Of a stretch of DNA of 64,000 nt, positions 1 through 12,969 are shown in pieces. Location: the NCBI GenBank assembly GCA_043228905.1, contig JBHGNT010000009.1:8370001-8434000 (forward strand), read 5' to 3'. Numbering within the stretch: the stretch's first letter is position 1; every line of letters begins with the position of its first letter. The stretch is from Azolla caroliniana. Lineage: Eukaryota; Plantae; Polypodiophyta. Below the pieces are notes generated by a model, which had not been told where the DNA came from, made no database searches, and was given only the letters and a program-made list of their open reading frames with translations. The translations under genes were made by a program, and so were the position numbers.

Positions 1-70
1 TAGGGTTTTGGGTCTAAGTAAGTGCTCGAAAGACCTACTCAGTATAAATTGAAGAAAATCATTTTGACAG

Positions 71-163
71 TGTGCAGTAATACAATTACCATCTCAGACA
101 CTTTTGCTAGCAAGTACTGATGCAAAGAAGCAGGACCGAATGCTTGGCATGCTATTTCCCGGG
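71..163 (+). CDS. MED25: Mediator subunit 25 (PFT1), penultimate coding exon
   Basis: tgacag acceptor at 65-70 and GT donor at 164. Translates CAVIQLPSQTLLLASTDAKKQDRMLGMLFPG, matching the plant MED25/PFT1 motif CAVIQLPSQTLLL...GMLFPG (recalled). Confidence 0.9.
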
Positions 164-887
164 GTATGTTCTCTTTCCTAAACTCATTGTGACATGGACT
201 TAAAGCAAACACGAGTTGTGATAAATAGGCTTTCTGGGGATGAAATAGTACTTATTAGCACGCACAAAAACAAACAAAAATGTGAAATAAGGTATTGAGA
301 TACCCTCTGGTGGTATAGCAATTTAATTTTGAATGCCATCTTTATGTGTCACTTTAGGTGACATTAGCATTCAGTAAAAAATATATAACGATGAGAGTTT
401 GCTATAACTTATTTAGCATCATGATCTTTCAAGTTAATTATGTTTCCCATTATGTTCCATCCCAAATAATGTAGCTGGGACTTGTAGCTAGAGCTCTCAG
501 GTACACTCTTCTTCATAATAGAAATACCGAATCATGACAACCACGCTCTTTCCATTGCATGCTGTAGAATGTGTTCCTAGTTGAAAATCTTCAATCAGAT
601 AATACTAATAATAAGACACTAAAAAAGTCCAAGGATAAGGCATGGAAACTAAAATACCGCATGTCACAGATCACCTGGCATCAGCCCTTCTGGGTTTACT
701 ATCCTAGTCTCACAGATTCTCCTCTACATCTCTATACAACAAATGAGGTTTAAACCTCCCTTTATAGGGCTCTGGTCAAATTGGTTGTTTGCAAACTTGT
801 GTGCCTAGATATTGAATATTAATACCAGCTGTTATGGATATAACAAAATGCTAGTGCTAAAAAAGTTATGGTCATTTCATGTACTAG

Positions 888-947
888 GATATGGTGGTTT
901 TCAAGCCTCAGGTATCAAGTCAGCCACAGCCACAGCCACAGCCACAA

Positions 948-1045
<98 letters not shown>

Positions 1046-1205
1046 ACAGCAACAGCAATTGCAACAACTTCCAGCTCAGGGTGTTGGTTCTGCAATAGGT
1101 CAAACCTTCACCTCACAAGGCCAGCTGGCTAACCAAGTGCGGCCACAGCTATTACAATCGAATCAACTCCAAGGCCAAGGTTCAGGAACAGGATTCTTGC
1201 AATAA
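888..1205 (+). CDS. MED25: Mediator subunit 25 (PFT1), last coding exon (Q-rich tail)
   Basis: tactag acceptor at 882-887, phase 0. Gives ...GMLFPG|DMVVFKPQ followed by poly-Q and a ...GTGFLQ* end, as in the PFT1 C-terminus. Confidence 0.9.
921..1058 (+). repeat. Coding CAG/CAA microsatellite: (QP)4 then Q38
   Basis: Read directly from sequence and translation. Confidence 0.95.
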
Positions 1206-2249
1206 TACATCTAACAATTTCTCAAAAATATGATGTAATACTAGATCAAAATGTAGGTAACTTGAAAATGATACATAAAAATTGCCATCGCTTTTCATTT
1301 TAAATACATATAAACTCGAAGGTCAAGGTAGGCTTGTTATGATAGACTTGCCATTTTTTGCCACAATTACATTGGTAATTGGAACAGAAACGAAGGATAT
1401 CCTCATAGCTTTTTCAGGCCACATTTTTTAAACTATAAATATGTATATTTTCTCAGATTCTAGTAAACATTTCATGCAGTATTATTGTTGCCTTCGTTTC
1501 AGTATTTTGCAGGGTCTGCTGTTTGGCTATGGCAAGAGTTTGCATTCAAAATTGGACATTATAGATAGTATTTGATATATTTATGATTCATTATAAGAAG
1601 CAAAGAGTGATCGATGCATAGAACACAACCATTTCATAGTTTGTGCCTGAAGATTATAAGCACCAAACAAGACATCATGAAAGAACCATTTTTGTTATTT
1701 GTAACTGCTGCTTTTTATTGTTTGCATTGGTTTACATTGAAAGGTGTTGATCTCGATTGGAAAACAAATATCTTAAAAATAAATTATATTAGAATTGCAA
1801 TTATGGATGCAGAGTGATTGACATATTTATGATTTTAGTATTTGTAGTTGCTTCTAACCACTTCTGAAGTGCTTTATTTACGTTGAAAAACGTTGATCTC
1901 TTATTGGAAAACAAGAACTTATATACAAAGCACGGAGTGATTCACATATTTATGATTGCTTATAAAACCAAGGAGTGATTGATCTGTAGAAGAAATCTCT
2001 TTTATTGTTTACCATTCATGATAGAAGCATCACCATTGATGTATAAATAGACAAAACATGAGAACCATGTTCATTATTTGCACTTGCTTCTAAACACAAC
2101 TTCTGGACATTGATCTTTGATGGGAAAACAAGACCTTATATACAAAGGACATTGTAATTCCCTTTATTTATTTTGGAATAGGATTCTATTTCATTTGAAT
2201 GCTTATGTCAAATTAGCTATGATATAACATACATGTGTTCACTTCTATA

Positions 2250-4300
2250 AAGCAATGCTTGACAAGAACATTTGCTTGGCAAATATGAAGTTTTGGACTA
2301 AAAGCACTTAGGTCAAATACAAAATCCTTTGTGGAAGAGTGCTTAGGTATAGGATTCAAGCCTTGGTAGCCTATCACACAAACAAAGAAAAGAAATTATG
2401 TATATTAACCTCCATTGACAATATCCAAGAATGAGGAAAACATATGCGATGTCTTGCATATTGCTACAAGCCTGGCCAACTTTCATGTTTAAGAGACAAA
2501 TTATGGCTTTCCTTATTGAGAATATTTTAGATCCAATTAATACATGTGAAGAACTAGGGATGACGAATTCCGATATGTCAAAAATAATGGTGGTAGTGAT
2601 CTAGGATTTCAAGTGAATCTAAATGCTACGTGAAGGGTATTTTGCTTTACAATAACTACATTAAGCTTGAGAGGAAGATGTTGGGAGAGCGAACACAACT
2701 AGCAAATGATAAACACAATTAATTGAGTCAAACGGGATGGCTTTTGATTTCCTACTTTGCAAATGTTATAAAACCTTCCACATTAGGTTCTCAAATCCTA
2801 TGGATTCCCTTGAGTGACTCAGTGACTAGTGAATAGTTTTACAAATATGGGACCAACTAATCCAACTCTATGGGAGCTACAATATTTTAACTTTCAGAGT
2901 TTTATATTTTTAATGTGACCAATTATCTTAGGAATGTTGGTGAATTGATGAGACTACAGCATAATACTAATTAATGTCAAGCTATTTACTCTACTTAATG
3001 CATGAAAGAACCAAGAAACATGGTAACTTATTTCTAATTGGATGTTCTCTAAATGTGACAGGATGTTCTCTAGATGTTTCATGGAAATGACTATTGATGG
3101 GCTCAAGTCTTTGATGAAGAAGACTTATTCCATTCTTAATGATGTCCTTTATTAGTAAAAGAGTGGAATAAAAAATGTGCATAACTTTTGCTACCAAGAC
3201 TATTCATCACTAGGGAAATGCAGTGCATCATAGTGTTCATTTTACATAAGAACCGAGCAATTAAATTGCTTCCCTAATGAATTATTTATAAGATTGATTC
3301 GAGCTTCTTTGTTTTCTTGTTATGTAGACGACAATGTTTTCCCCTTTATTCTTTGACAAAAAGATTCAATTATTTATGGTAAGGGTTGGGATACCACATG
3401 TGGAGAAACACATTAAAATAGCAGGAATAGATACTTCTTTAGGTCCATTAGGAAAAATTGTTATAACTAGAGAAGGAAAACTTTAATATACATCATATGC
3501 CCACATAATCCATTCTATCCTTGTCAATTGTATCCATTGGTCAAGTTGTAGTTTCCTTCCAATGACCTTCGAGAAAAACACATTTTGTCAACCTTGGATA
3601 AAACTTGAATTGTGGCGATACCGATACCTTAGGCACATGGTCATATGGTTTGTAGCTTAATGCATATAAATGGTGGTTGGGTGACACATTAGTGAAATAG
3701 AGTTCTTGTGCTACCTTCAAGTCTTTCGAGTTGCATAGGGAGAGATTGTTGGCATGGATAACCATCAACACAATTTTCTCCCAAGACTACCAATATCAGG
3801 AAACTTTTGGCAAATCTCCTTGTTGAGAAGTGCTAAGCATTCCTTTGTGTATGAGTGAGGGCATGTCATTTAGTGTGCTTATGTTTAGTTAACATAGTGG
3901 AAAAGGTTTCCCTTTATCTCATTGTAACTTCAAATCCAAGGTCATGTTTAGCCCCTCTAGATACTAGATGTCATCTTTAAATCCACGGCTTCCTTTAGCC
4001 ACTCAAGATCTATGGAAATACAATGGAATGACTTGGAAAAAGCGTAGATGAGATTAAATGCATTTATCCCTCAAAAACAATAAATGGAACTAATTAGGAT
4101 CACAAGATATTTCATCTTTTGTTGATGTGAATTAGGGTGCATTGCCCCTTGTTAAACACATGTCATGAACTTCTAGTAAGTGTAAGAGTAGCATTGATGC
4201 AAGACCAGTACATCAAAACCTAGAATATTATTTCTTGTGGCTATCCTTGTGTGAAAAGTGCCTAGACCATTGTGTAAAACTAGAAAAGTCACTTGTTTGT
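2250..4300 (-). pseudogene. Possible highly decayed LINE (non-LTR) ORF2 remnant
   Basis: Only faint minus-strand echoes of LINE RT motifs (e.g. near 2500-2800). No intact ORF; boundaries uncertain. Confidence 0.3.
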
Positions 4301-5179
4301 GTTTTGATCTTCCTTCTTGTTCACTTTCTCAACATTTACTTACAGTGGGAATCTTTTTTTCTCTTTCATTAACCTCTTATGTTATCCTAATGATCTTGGA
4401 TTTGGCGAAAATAGTGTAGCAATAGTAGAACCTTCTAATGCATCGAGGTTGATAGTGATAATCGGTTTGCTACTCCCTCACCTTCTTCTTTCACTTTGCG
4501 GCTTCTCATCGAGTAGCAAAGGAGCCGCCAATCACGCTTTCTTCTTGTCCTCCTTTCTTCATTCGGTAAATCAATGCCCAATTGGGTAAAAGGGTAGCAC
4601 CTGAATGCTACCTTTGGGTAATGCAATGCCCAAAGAATTTTGGGCCTTCGTGTAATGGATTCACTTGAATGTCCCTAGTTCTTGGGTACCCCTATCTGAT
4701 GATCTTTCTGATCCTCAAGGACACAAATACTACTCGATTGGTTGGGTGTCGAATTTGATGAAATCCATTTTTTTGCACGTTCGACATGCTAGAATCCAAT
4801 TAGATAGGGGGGGGGGGAGTATGTTAATGTTATGCTCGTAACATACTCCCCCTCTCCAAAAGATTGCACTCTTGTAATGAAAAGTTAGGGAAGTTTGTTT
4901 TAAGAGCATCTTCTTGCTCCCAAGTACCATCCATCCATTTAATTTTAAACTCTCAAATATACTTTGAAAGTAAACGTTTAGTTTTTTAATGGAGAATTCT
5001 TTTTGGCTTATGACGTTTGGATGACAAATCCTCAAAAGTATCAAGAGTTTTAATGGAAACTAACTTATCGTTAGAACCCAAGATTCTTTGAGATGACTAA
5101 CGTGGAAGACACGAGGCGATAGGCTGATGAACCAATACACTTACCCTTACATAATGTTGTAGAGTCATGACGCACATGA

Positions 5180-5405
5180 GGAGAAATACACGGGTTTGTT
5201 GATGTTTGACAACAGAAACACGAGCTCTATCTTGAGTGGTTTTTATTTTATCCCGAGCTATATGCAACATATCTTGCATATCCCTTAGAAAATTTTGTGT
5301 AGCATATAGCTCATCATGATGAATATTGACATTGATCGGGATAGATGGTTGTAAACCATATATCAACATGAAAGGACTATATCCAGTCGATGCATGTTGG
5401 AAGCT
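5180..5405 (-). pseudogene. Ty3/gypsy integrase C-terminal fragment
   Basis: SFQHASTGYSPFMLIYG...LHIARDKIKTTQDR; cut at 5405 by the copia A LTR. Confidence 0.7.
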
Positions 5406-7940
5406 TGTTGAGCGAGCAAGCTCAACTTGGGTCGAACGAAGGAAGAAACCGAGAACCAAATCGGTTGAAGACCGATCGAGGAGACCCAAATTGGCCGTAG
5501 GACTGAGAACTGAGAGCCATGTGGTGAGGGACTCAGGTAGGCCGTTAATAGACTATATTCCTAGTACAGTAACTAGGAATATTGTACGTAGAATTAGTGT
5601 CAAGCTCATTTATGAGCATTCAAGTACCAACGATACTTGTGTCAGCCCACTTGTTAGGGCTTGTATAAAAAGTGCTCACTGAGCATGAAGTATGTACAGA
5701 GCGTTATTCCTCTTAATATAATTTTGTGTCTGCTCTCTCACTCATTCTCTATGTTTCGGCAATTTACCGAACTGTCGTGTTTCCGATATGTATACTTAGT
5801 GTCTTTTACGCACGCTTTCGCACATCGTATTCTTTTACATGGTATTAGAGCGCGAGGGTTGAGACTCCTCTACAGCCGACAGAAAAGCAAACAATCAAGA
5901 CACAGTCAAGTTTTCTCGTTTTCGGAAAAGATACGATAGAAATATGGACAGAGGAATGGGAAGCTTGCTTCCGACTTAAAAGCTCGATAGGAGCAACTGC
6001 GCATCTTGGTTGTTCAAGATGCACTAGTACCTTCTCGGCTATGGCTACTGGAGTTATGTCGAAGGAGGTAATGATGCAACACTCGAATCAACACGCAGAG
6101 ACTTCCTGGCCTGGGAACAAGCGGTAAGCAGAGTTCTCTATTGTTTTGCGTCATGTGTGAGCAATGAGCTTTTGAGCTACATTTGGGATGCCAAGACGCC
6201 AAAGAACACGTGGGCGAATCTCAAAAAGATTTTCGTTGCCAGCACGATGGCCAGGAAGCTGCAACTCAGGCAGGAGCTAAGCAATGTCCGGTAGAAAGAT
6301 CTGTCTGTGGCCGATTATACAATCCGAATCAAGGAGATTTTCGAACTCTCACGCCTCCGTCAACGTGAACATCAAGGAGGATGAAATGGTGCAGGTTTGC
6401 CTTGGAGGGTTAGCGTCTAAGTTCAGAGCATTCTGAATGGTGGTCTGCATGAGGGAGAATACATCATCGTTTTTCGAGCTTCAATCTATGTTGCTCGTAG
6501 AAGAAAACCACGTGGGTGCATCGACGAGTGAGCATGCCGACAACAAAATGTTGTATACAGAGGTAGAGAGGCCCCGTGGTCATGGTGGATGAGGCGGGTT
6601 GGCACGCAATGTAGGCGGCTGACAAGAGCAAAATTTACGGCATAATCGGAATGCCGACAACAGTTCCGGACACTCCACAAATAGGGGGAGTGAAGGCGGC
6701 GCTGGGAGCTGGCAAGGGAAAGCCACATCGGACTGCTGGTACTGTGGCAAGGAGGGCCACAGAGAGAGCGAGTGCTGAAGAAACGAGCTGATTCGGACAA
6801 GGTCGGATCAAGCCGAGGAGGTGCAGATAGGTGTCACAGATCGCACTACACAGAAGGCTCAGGGCGAGTCGGCACGAGCCTCGCCTTCGTCATGAAGCAC
6901 AAAGCCAACTCGATGGCGGTTAATACCTCGAGCTTGAACGAGGTATGGTATGTGGATTCGGGAGCATCCAACCACATGACGAATCATCAGGAGTGGTTCT
7001 CGACTCTGGAAAGGCCAGAGCAGTCGGGGGTCGTCGAAACTGGTGATGACACCCCTCACCCCATTGAACACATTGGAGATGTCCCTCTCAGCCATGTTGG
7101 CCAGAAGGGAATCATAAGAAATGTCTTACATGTGCCGACAATCACCAAAAATTTTGTGTCGGTCGAACAGATAGTCGATGAAGGCATGCAAGTTCGATTT
7201 ACTCATTTCGGGTGCTTCATAGAAGAGGAAGGTAAGATAATCGTGCAAGGGCGCCAAGAAGGGAGGATGTTCATCCTCGAGAACAATGACATAGCACCGT
7301 TATGTTTGCGAAATGGTAAAAGGTCAAATCGGATATCGACCTATGGCACAAGTGGTTTGGCCACATCAACTTCCCACGACTTTGAGAGATGCAGACGAAA
7401 AACTTTGGTTTTGGCTTGCCGAAGTTCAGTGGTTGAAAAGGCCAAGTCTGCAAAGCCTGCCAATTAGGGAAGCATCACCGACTTACGTTCCCAAATGAAA
7501 GAAATCGGAGCCAAAACAAGCTCGATTTAATCCATTCGGATGTATGGGGACCGACACAGAACGTGAGTCTTGGTGGGAGCCGATATTTCGTGACTTTCGC
7601 TGATGATTTCACTCAACATACCTGGGCATGCACGATAGAGAAGAAAAACGAAGTCTTCTCCTATTTCTTGAAGGTGAAGAGCCTTGCTGAACGGGAGACA
7701 AGTCGTAAAATCGAATGTCTCAGGACCGGTGGCGGAAAGGAGTACTTCTCCAACTAGTTCTCGAGTTAGTTGCAAAAGGAAGGAATTCGGCATGAATTCT
7801 CCTGCAGATACACGCCGTAGCAGAACGACGTGGCTGAGCGGAAGAATTGGACGATTGAAGAAGTGTCTAGGGCAATGCTCGAAGAGAAGCATATGCCAAA
7901 ATATTATTGGGCCGAAGGCGTGAAGACGGTTGTTTACCTG
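5406..7940 (+). mobile_element. Ty1/copia element A, 3'-truncated (5' LTR 5406-5839, PBS 5840-5851, gag-PR-INT remnant)
   Basis: LTR TGTTGAG...TACA; PBS TGGTATTAGAGC (tRNA-iMet-like); CWYCGKEGH knuckle, WYVDSGASNHMT protease, HSDVWGP and AERKN integrase; many stops and frameshifts. Confidence 0.9.
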
Positions 7941-10900
7941 TTCTTCTTGACTCTGCCGCCGCTGCTGCTCGTTCCGACTTGTTCGGATGTGCCGAGTTCC
8001 TTCGTCGACTCGGCTTCCTTTTTCCCTTTGTCTCCCCCTTTGTTGGTTCTTTCTTCCTCTCTGGCTCCTTGTCCGGTGCCATCCATTCCCTTTCCTTTTC
8101 TCCCCCTCAAGTGCGGCACATCGAGATGCTGAATATCGAGCACACCCATTTGCAACCTATTGGTTTACAGTGTCGGGGAGGGTCAACGAGGTCCCACGTG
8201 TCATTGGCATCCAGTGCCCACATTTCTTATTCCATAGCGGCACGCCAATTTGTGTCCTTTGCCGCTTCTGCGTAGCTCTCCGGCTCACGCACTTCCGCCA
8301 CTTTGGTCATGTACGCATAGTGATGCGCCATGTACTCATTGTACCCGTACCGCGTAACTGGGTTCTTCTGGCAGGAAGACCGGCGTAACTTTTCATCGCC
8401 CGGTTTGGGGCCCTTCTTGGCCAGTTCCGACTTCGTTCCCGAAGATCCGCCTTCATCCTTTCCGGAGTCATAGTTGCTCCGATCCGAATCAACGTTGTCG
8501 ATTCCATATTCCGGCATCTTCTTCTTCCCCTTCTCTTTGTGCGTGAACTGTCTCCTTGGTTCCTTGAGCGGGGAGAGCACGACAGAGTCTCCAGTACTCG
8601 CTGGTTCTTCATCCGACTGGTCATCTCGACTTAGCCGCTCATTCGGTCCACTGAACCGGAATGAGATTGGACTCTCTTCTAGAGTGCCAAAGTCTTCCTC
8701 TTCTACATGGACCTCCTCGGGCTCACTAGCCTCATCTTCCGGAATCGGGTCTTCGTCGGGAGTTGGAGTTGGTAAGGAGTACCATGATGCCATCTCATCA
8801 AACTCGACATCTCGGCTTACTCGAACCTGCTTAGTCCAGTGGTTATACAGTTATACCCCTTCTGCTCATGCGAGTAGCCGACTAGGATGCATTTCTCCGA
8901 CTTCGGATCTAGCTTCTTCTGCTTCTCATCCGGTACATGCACATATGCTATGCTACCGAATATACGAAGGTGTCTCAAATTCGGCTTCCACCCGAAATAC
9001 AGCTCATGTGATGACACCTTGTCTCCGATCTGGTTTTGGGTGTAGACGGCCGTCCGGACCGCCTCAGCCCAATAGAATTGGGGCATGCTCTTCTCCTCCA
9101 GCATTTGCCCTTGCCACGTTGACAATCGACTGGTTCTTCCTTTCGGCCACACCGTTTTGCTCCGGTGTGTATCTATAGCTGAATTCTCTCCGAATTCCGT
9201 TCTACTGTAGCTAACTATTGAATTCGCCAGAAAAGTATTCTTTTCCGCCATCTGACCGCAAGCACTTGACCTTCCTCTCCGTTTCCCGTTCCACTAAGCT
9301 TTGCAAGTTTCGAAAACATTCGAAGACTTCGCTCTTCCGTTCGATGAGGTAGATCCACATGTGTCGGCTATAGTCATCGATGAAGGAGACGAATGTGCCG
9401 GTCCCCATACATCCGAATGTATTAGATCGAGCTTGTTACAACTCTGGTTTCGTTCGGTGGGGAATGGAAGCCAGTGTTGCTTCCTGAGTTGGCAGGCTTC
9501 ACAAATTTCAGCCTTCCAGTCGATAAATTTCGGCAAACCGAAGACAACTTGTTTCGATTGTAGGTCCTGAAGCCTCCAATAGTTGACGTGGCCAATCCGT
9601 TTGTACCACAGGTCGATGTCCGACTCGACCTTCTGCCCTTCGGAAAACATGGTGGTGCCAACGTCATTGGTGTTGAGGATGAACATCCTCCCTTCCCTGT
9701 GCCCTTGCGCAATTATCCGGCCTTCTTCCTCGATGAAGCACCCTAGGTGTGTAAACCGCACTTGCATCCCTTGGTCGACGATTTGTCCAACTGACACCAG
9801 GTTCTTTGTGATAGTCCGAACATGTAGTACGTTCATCAGCTTCCCCTTTTGTTCGACATGGCTTAAAGGAACTTCTCCAAGATGCACAATTGGGTGAGGG
9901 GTGTCGTCTCCGGTTTCGAGAATCCCCGGTTGTTCCGACTTCTCCAAAAAAGAGAACCACTCTTCATGGCTCGTCATGTGGTTGGACGCTCCGGAATCAA
10001 CGTACCATACTTCCTCCGATTTGGAAGTAGTCTTTTTCCTTGAGTTAGCCTTGTGCTTCATCACGAAGGCTGGCCCTTTACCGGTTTTCCCGGTTCCGGA
10101 TCCTTCTGATCCTTCCATGTAGTGTGAGCTTTGCCGGTTCTCCCAACCGGTTTTGCCGGATCTGGATTTGTCCGAATCAGCGCGATTCTTCCAGCACTTG
10201 GTTTCCTTGTGGCCCTTTTTGCCACAGTACCAGCATTCCATGTCAGTCTTTCCTTGCCGGTTCATGGTGCCGCATTGACTCCCCCTGCTTGTGGAGGGTC
10301 CGAAACTATTGTCGGCACCACCTCTGTGCCTCTGGTCCTGCTCTTGCCGGCCGCCTCCATTGTGTGTTGACCCACCTCATCCACCACGTCCATGGGGCCG
10401 ATTTGCGTCCCTGTACAACATCTGACCGTCCGATTGAGTGGTCCTTGACCCACTCGCGTGGTTTTCTTTGACCATCAACATCGATTGCAAGTCAAAGAAA
10501 GATGGTGGTTTCTCCCGGGTGTAGATCGCTATCTGGATTGGCCCGTACCTTTGCACTAGACCACCGAGGTAGATTTGTACCATCTCGTCTTCGTCCACTG
10601 TCACGTTTATGGACCCGAGTGTGTCGCAAATCTCCTTTATCTTGGTGGTGTAGTCCATAATCGACATGTCTCTTTGCCGGATGTTGTTCAACTCTTGCCG
10701 CAGCTACAACTTACGGGTTGTGGTACTCGCGGCAAAAATCTTCCTCCGATTTCCCCAGGTCTCCTTTGGCATTTTTGCATCCTTTATGTAACCGAGCATC
10801 TGGTCATGCACACAGGACGTGAGGTAGTACAATACTCGGCTCACTCCTTGCTCCCAAACTGGGAAGTCATTGTGTGCCGGCTCCAGCGCTACCTCGTTCG

Positions 10901-11488
10901 TTCGTTCCACGAACCTCCAATATCCATGCCCCAGCAGGTACTGGTGCATTTTATATGACCAAGACATGTAGTTGCTCCAGTCGAGCTTCTCTGTGGGAAG
11001 TGAACTCGCCATACCTCTGTCCATATCTTTCTATGTATTTCCTTATTGGGTATTAGGGTTTGTCTTCGAAAGTGTCTGTCAGTTGTAGAGGTTCTCAACC
11101 CTCGTGCTTTGATACCATGTGAATGTAAACATGCGGAAACGTTAGACAGAACAAGCTTAGCCGGATAGCAACAGAGAATAAGATGAAGGTTTAATGGAGA
11201 AGCTTAGTATGTTACTCTGTACATACAACGTGCTAAACAACACTATTTATACAAGTCCATAAAGGTCTGACAGAAGTACTGACAAGTACTTCAATATTCC
11301 TACGTGCTACTGACACTAACTATGAGACAATGATTACCTAGTAGTCTAGGCTACTACTAGGCTTCTGGTTCCCGCTCGAATCCGGCTCTCCGATCCGTCT
11401 CCCTAATCTGGCCGGTTGTTTCCGGATACCGATCTGGCTCATCCTTCTGGATGCCAATCCGGATCTTGTTGAGCTTGCTCGCTCAACA
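7941..11488 (-). mobile_element. Ty1/copia element B (5' LTR 11118-11488, PBS 11106-11117), RT/RNase H internally deleted, no 3' LTR
   Basis: PBS TGGTATCAAAGC; gag 11024-10377; PR/INT ORF 10265-9294 (WYVDSGASNHMT, HSDVWGP); start of RT (CKPIGCKW) fused to the end of RH (LDVPHLRG) near 8145. Confidence 0.9.
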
Positions 11489-12460
11489 CTTATCATACAT
11501 CAGAGATATTGCTCGAGGATCTGATTTACTCATTCCGTTTGACCATCTGTCTCAAGATGGAAGGCCGTCGAAAATTTTGTGGAAGTTCCAAGAGTCTGGA
11601 AGAGGCATTTCCAGAAATGAGATATAAATATTGGGGACCACGATAAGAAATAATGTCATCCGATAAATAGTGAAGGCGCACAATATTCGTTAACAATAGA
11701 TCTGCTATTTCCATCCCTGAAATTGCTTTAGAACATGGAATAAAATGTGCCATCTTTGTGAACCTATCAACCACCACCAATACTGAATTGAATCCCTCAA
11801 TGTCGGGAAGGTCGGTGATAAAATCCGTCGAGATGGAGGCCCATTGCCTATTTGGAATTGGCAAAGGTTAAAGTAGACCGTAGGGACGATGATGTACTGC
11901 TTTGGCACGGGCACATGTATCACATGTTTTCATGAATTTTTTAACAAGTTTCCAAGGTTGTGGCTACCAATAACTTCTAGAGATTAACTCTAAACTTTTT
12001 GCAACACCAAAATGTCCAGCTAGGACATCATCATGGCACTCCTTCATGATTCGGATACGATAAGGACCATGTGGGACATACATTAAGTTGTTCCGGAAAA
12101 GAAAACCATCCCGAAACATAAATTGTTCATGGATATTTTGTACCTCCCTCATGGTTGAGTTGTTGACTCGATTCTCCTTAATCTCTTTCGCAAATTTGTC
12201 GTTGGCAATATCTATTACTATTGTATTTAGTAATGATTCATCCACGCCCTTATAAGTTGCAAAGAGTTGCATCTGATGTGGTTGTAGGAGACAACGTGAT
12301 TGTTGATTGTAGATCGCATCTCCTGGCCAGATTTCGAATTCCGAACGCCGAGATAGGGCATCAGCTTTACCATGTTGGGCACCAGGACGCAAAACAATTT
12401 CAAAGTCATAATCAGCTAGCAAGGTCGACCATCGTGCTTGCCTCCAGTTCAAAATGCGAG

Positions 12461-12896
12461 TGTCATGATATGGCAAGACTCGAACCCATGACCTTAGGTT
12501 ATATGGGTCGAGCTTTTTACCATTAGACCATCTATTGTAATACATAGGATATTATTTTCATTTACATTTTATTATAGGAAATTAGTGTATATTCCAGATT
12601 TCTCTGGAACATTCTAGAAGCTTCAGGATTACTCCTGAAAACACTATAAAAGAGGGCACTAGGCATTATGTTGAACCAAATTGGTTCAACGCCAGTCTTA
12701 AGCCTTTTAGCCACCATTGTATATTCTCTTCATATAATACATATTTTTCTTATCATCACTCTCTCTCGATCTCGATCTCTCTCTTTCTCTCCATCTTGCT
12801 CACTCCTTCCTTCTCTCGAAGAAGTTCTACACCTCTCATAGTACTAATCCTTCGTTTAGTACTAATTCCTTCTCTGTCTCAGTACTGTTCCTGATA
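12461..12896 (+). repeat. 5' LTR of gypsy C
   Basis: Direct repeat of 17680-18129; TATAAA at 12645. Confidence 0.95.
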
Positions 12897-12969
12897 GTTT
12901 GAACCAATTTTCCTACCTTCTATCTCTCTCATTTCCTACTAATCTCTTATTCCTCGTTTCTTTCATCCC

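Noticed and set aside
812-1132. Poly-AT, poly-SN, poly-L and poly-VA ORFs
   Set aside because: Alternative frames of the MED25 CAG/CAA tract.
1560-2150. Degenerate direct repeats downstream of MED25 (tgatct...ggaaaacaa x3)
   Set aside because: Old local duplication with no termini, TSD or coding signal.
5180-5405. Treating this integrase fragment as the continuation of gypsy F
   Set aside because: Flanks do not match as a TSD (AAGCT versus CTTAT), a segment is missing, and the peptide looks like a different family; unresolved.
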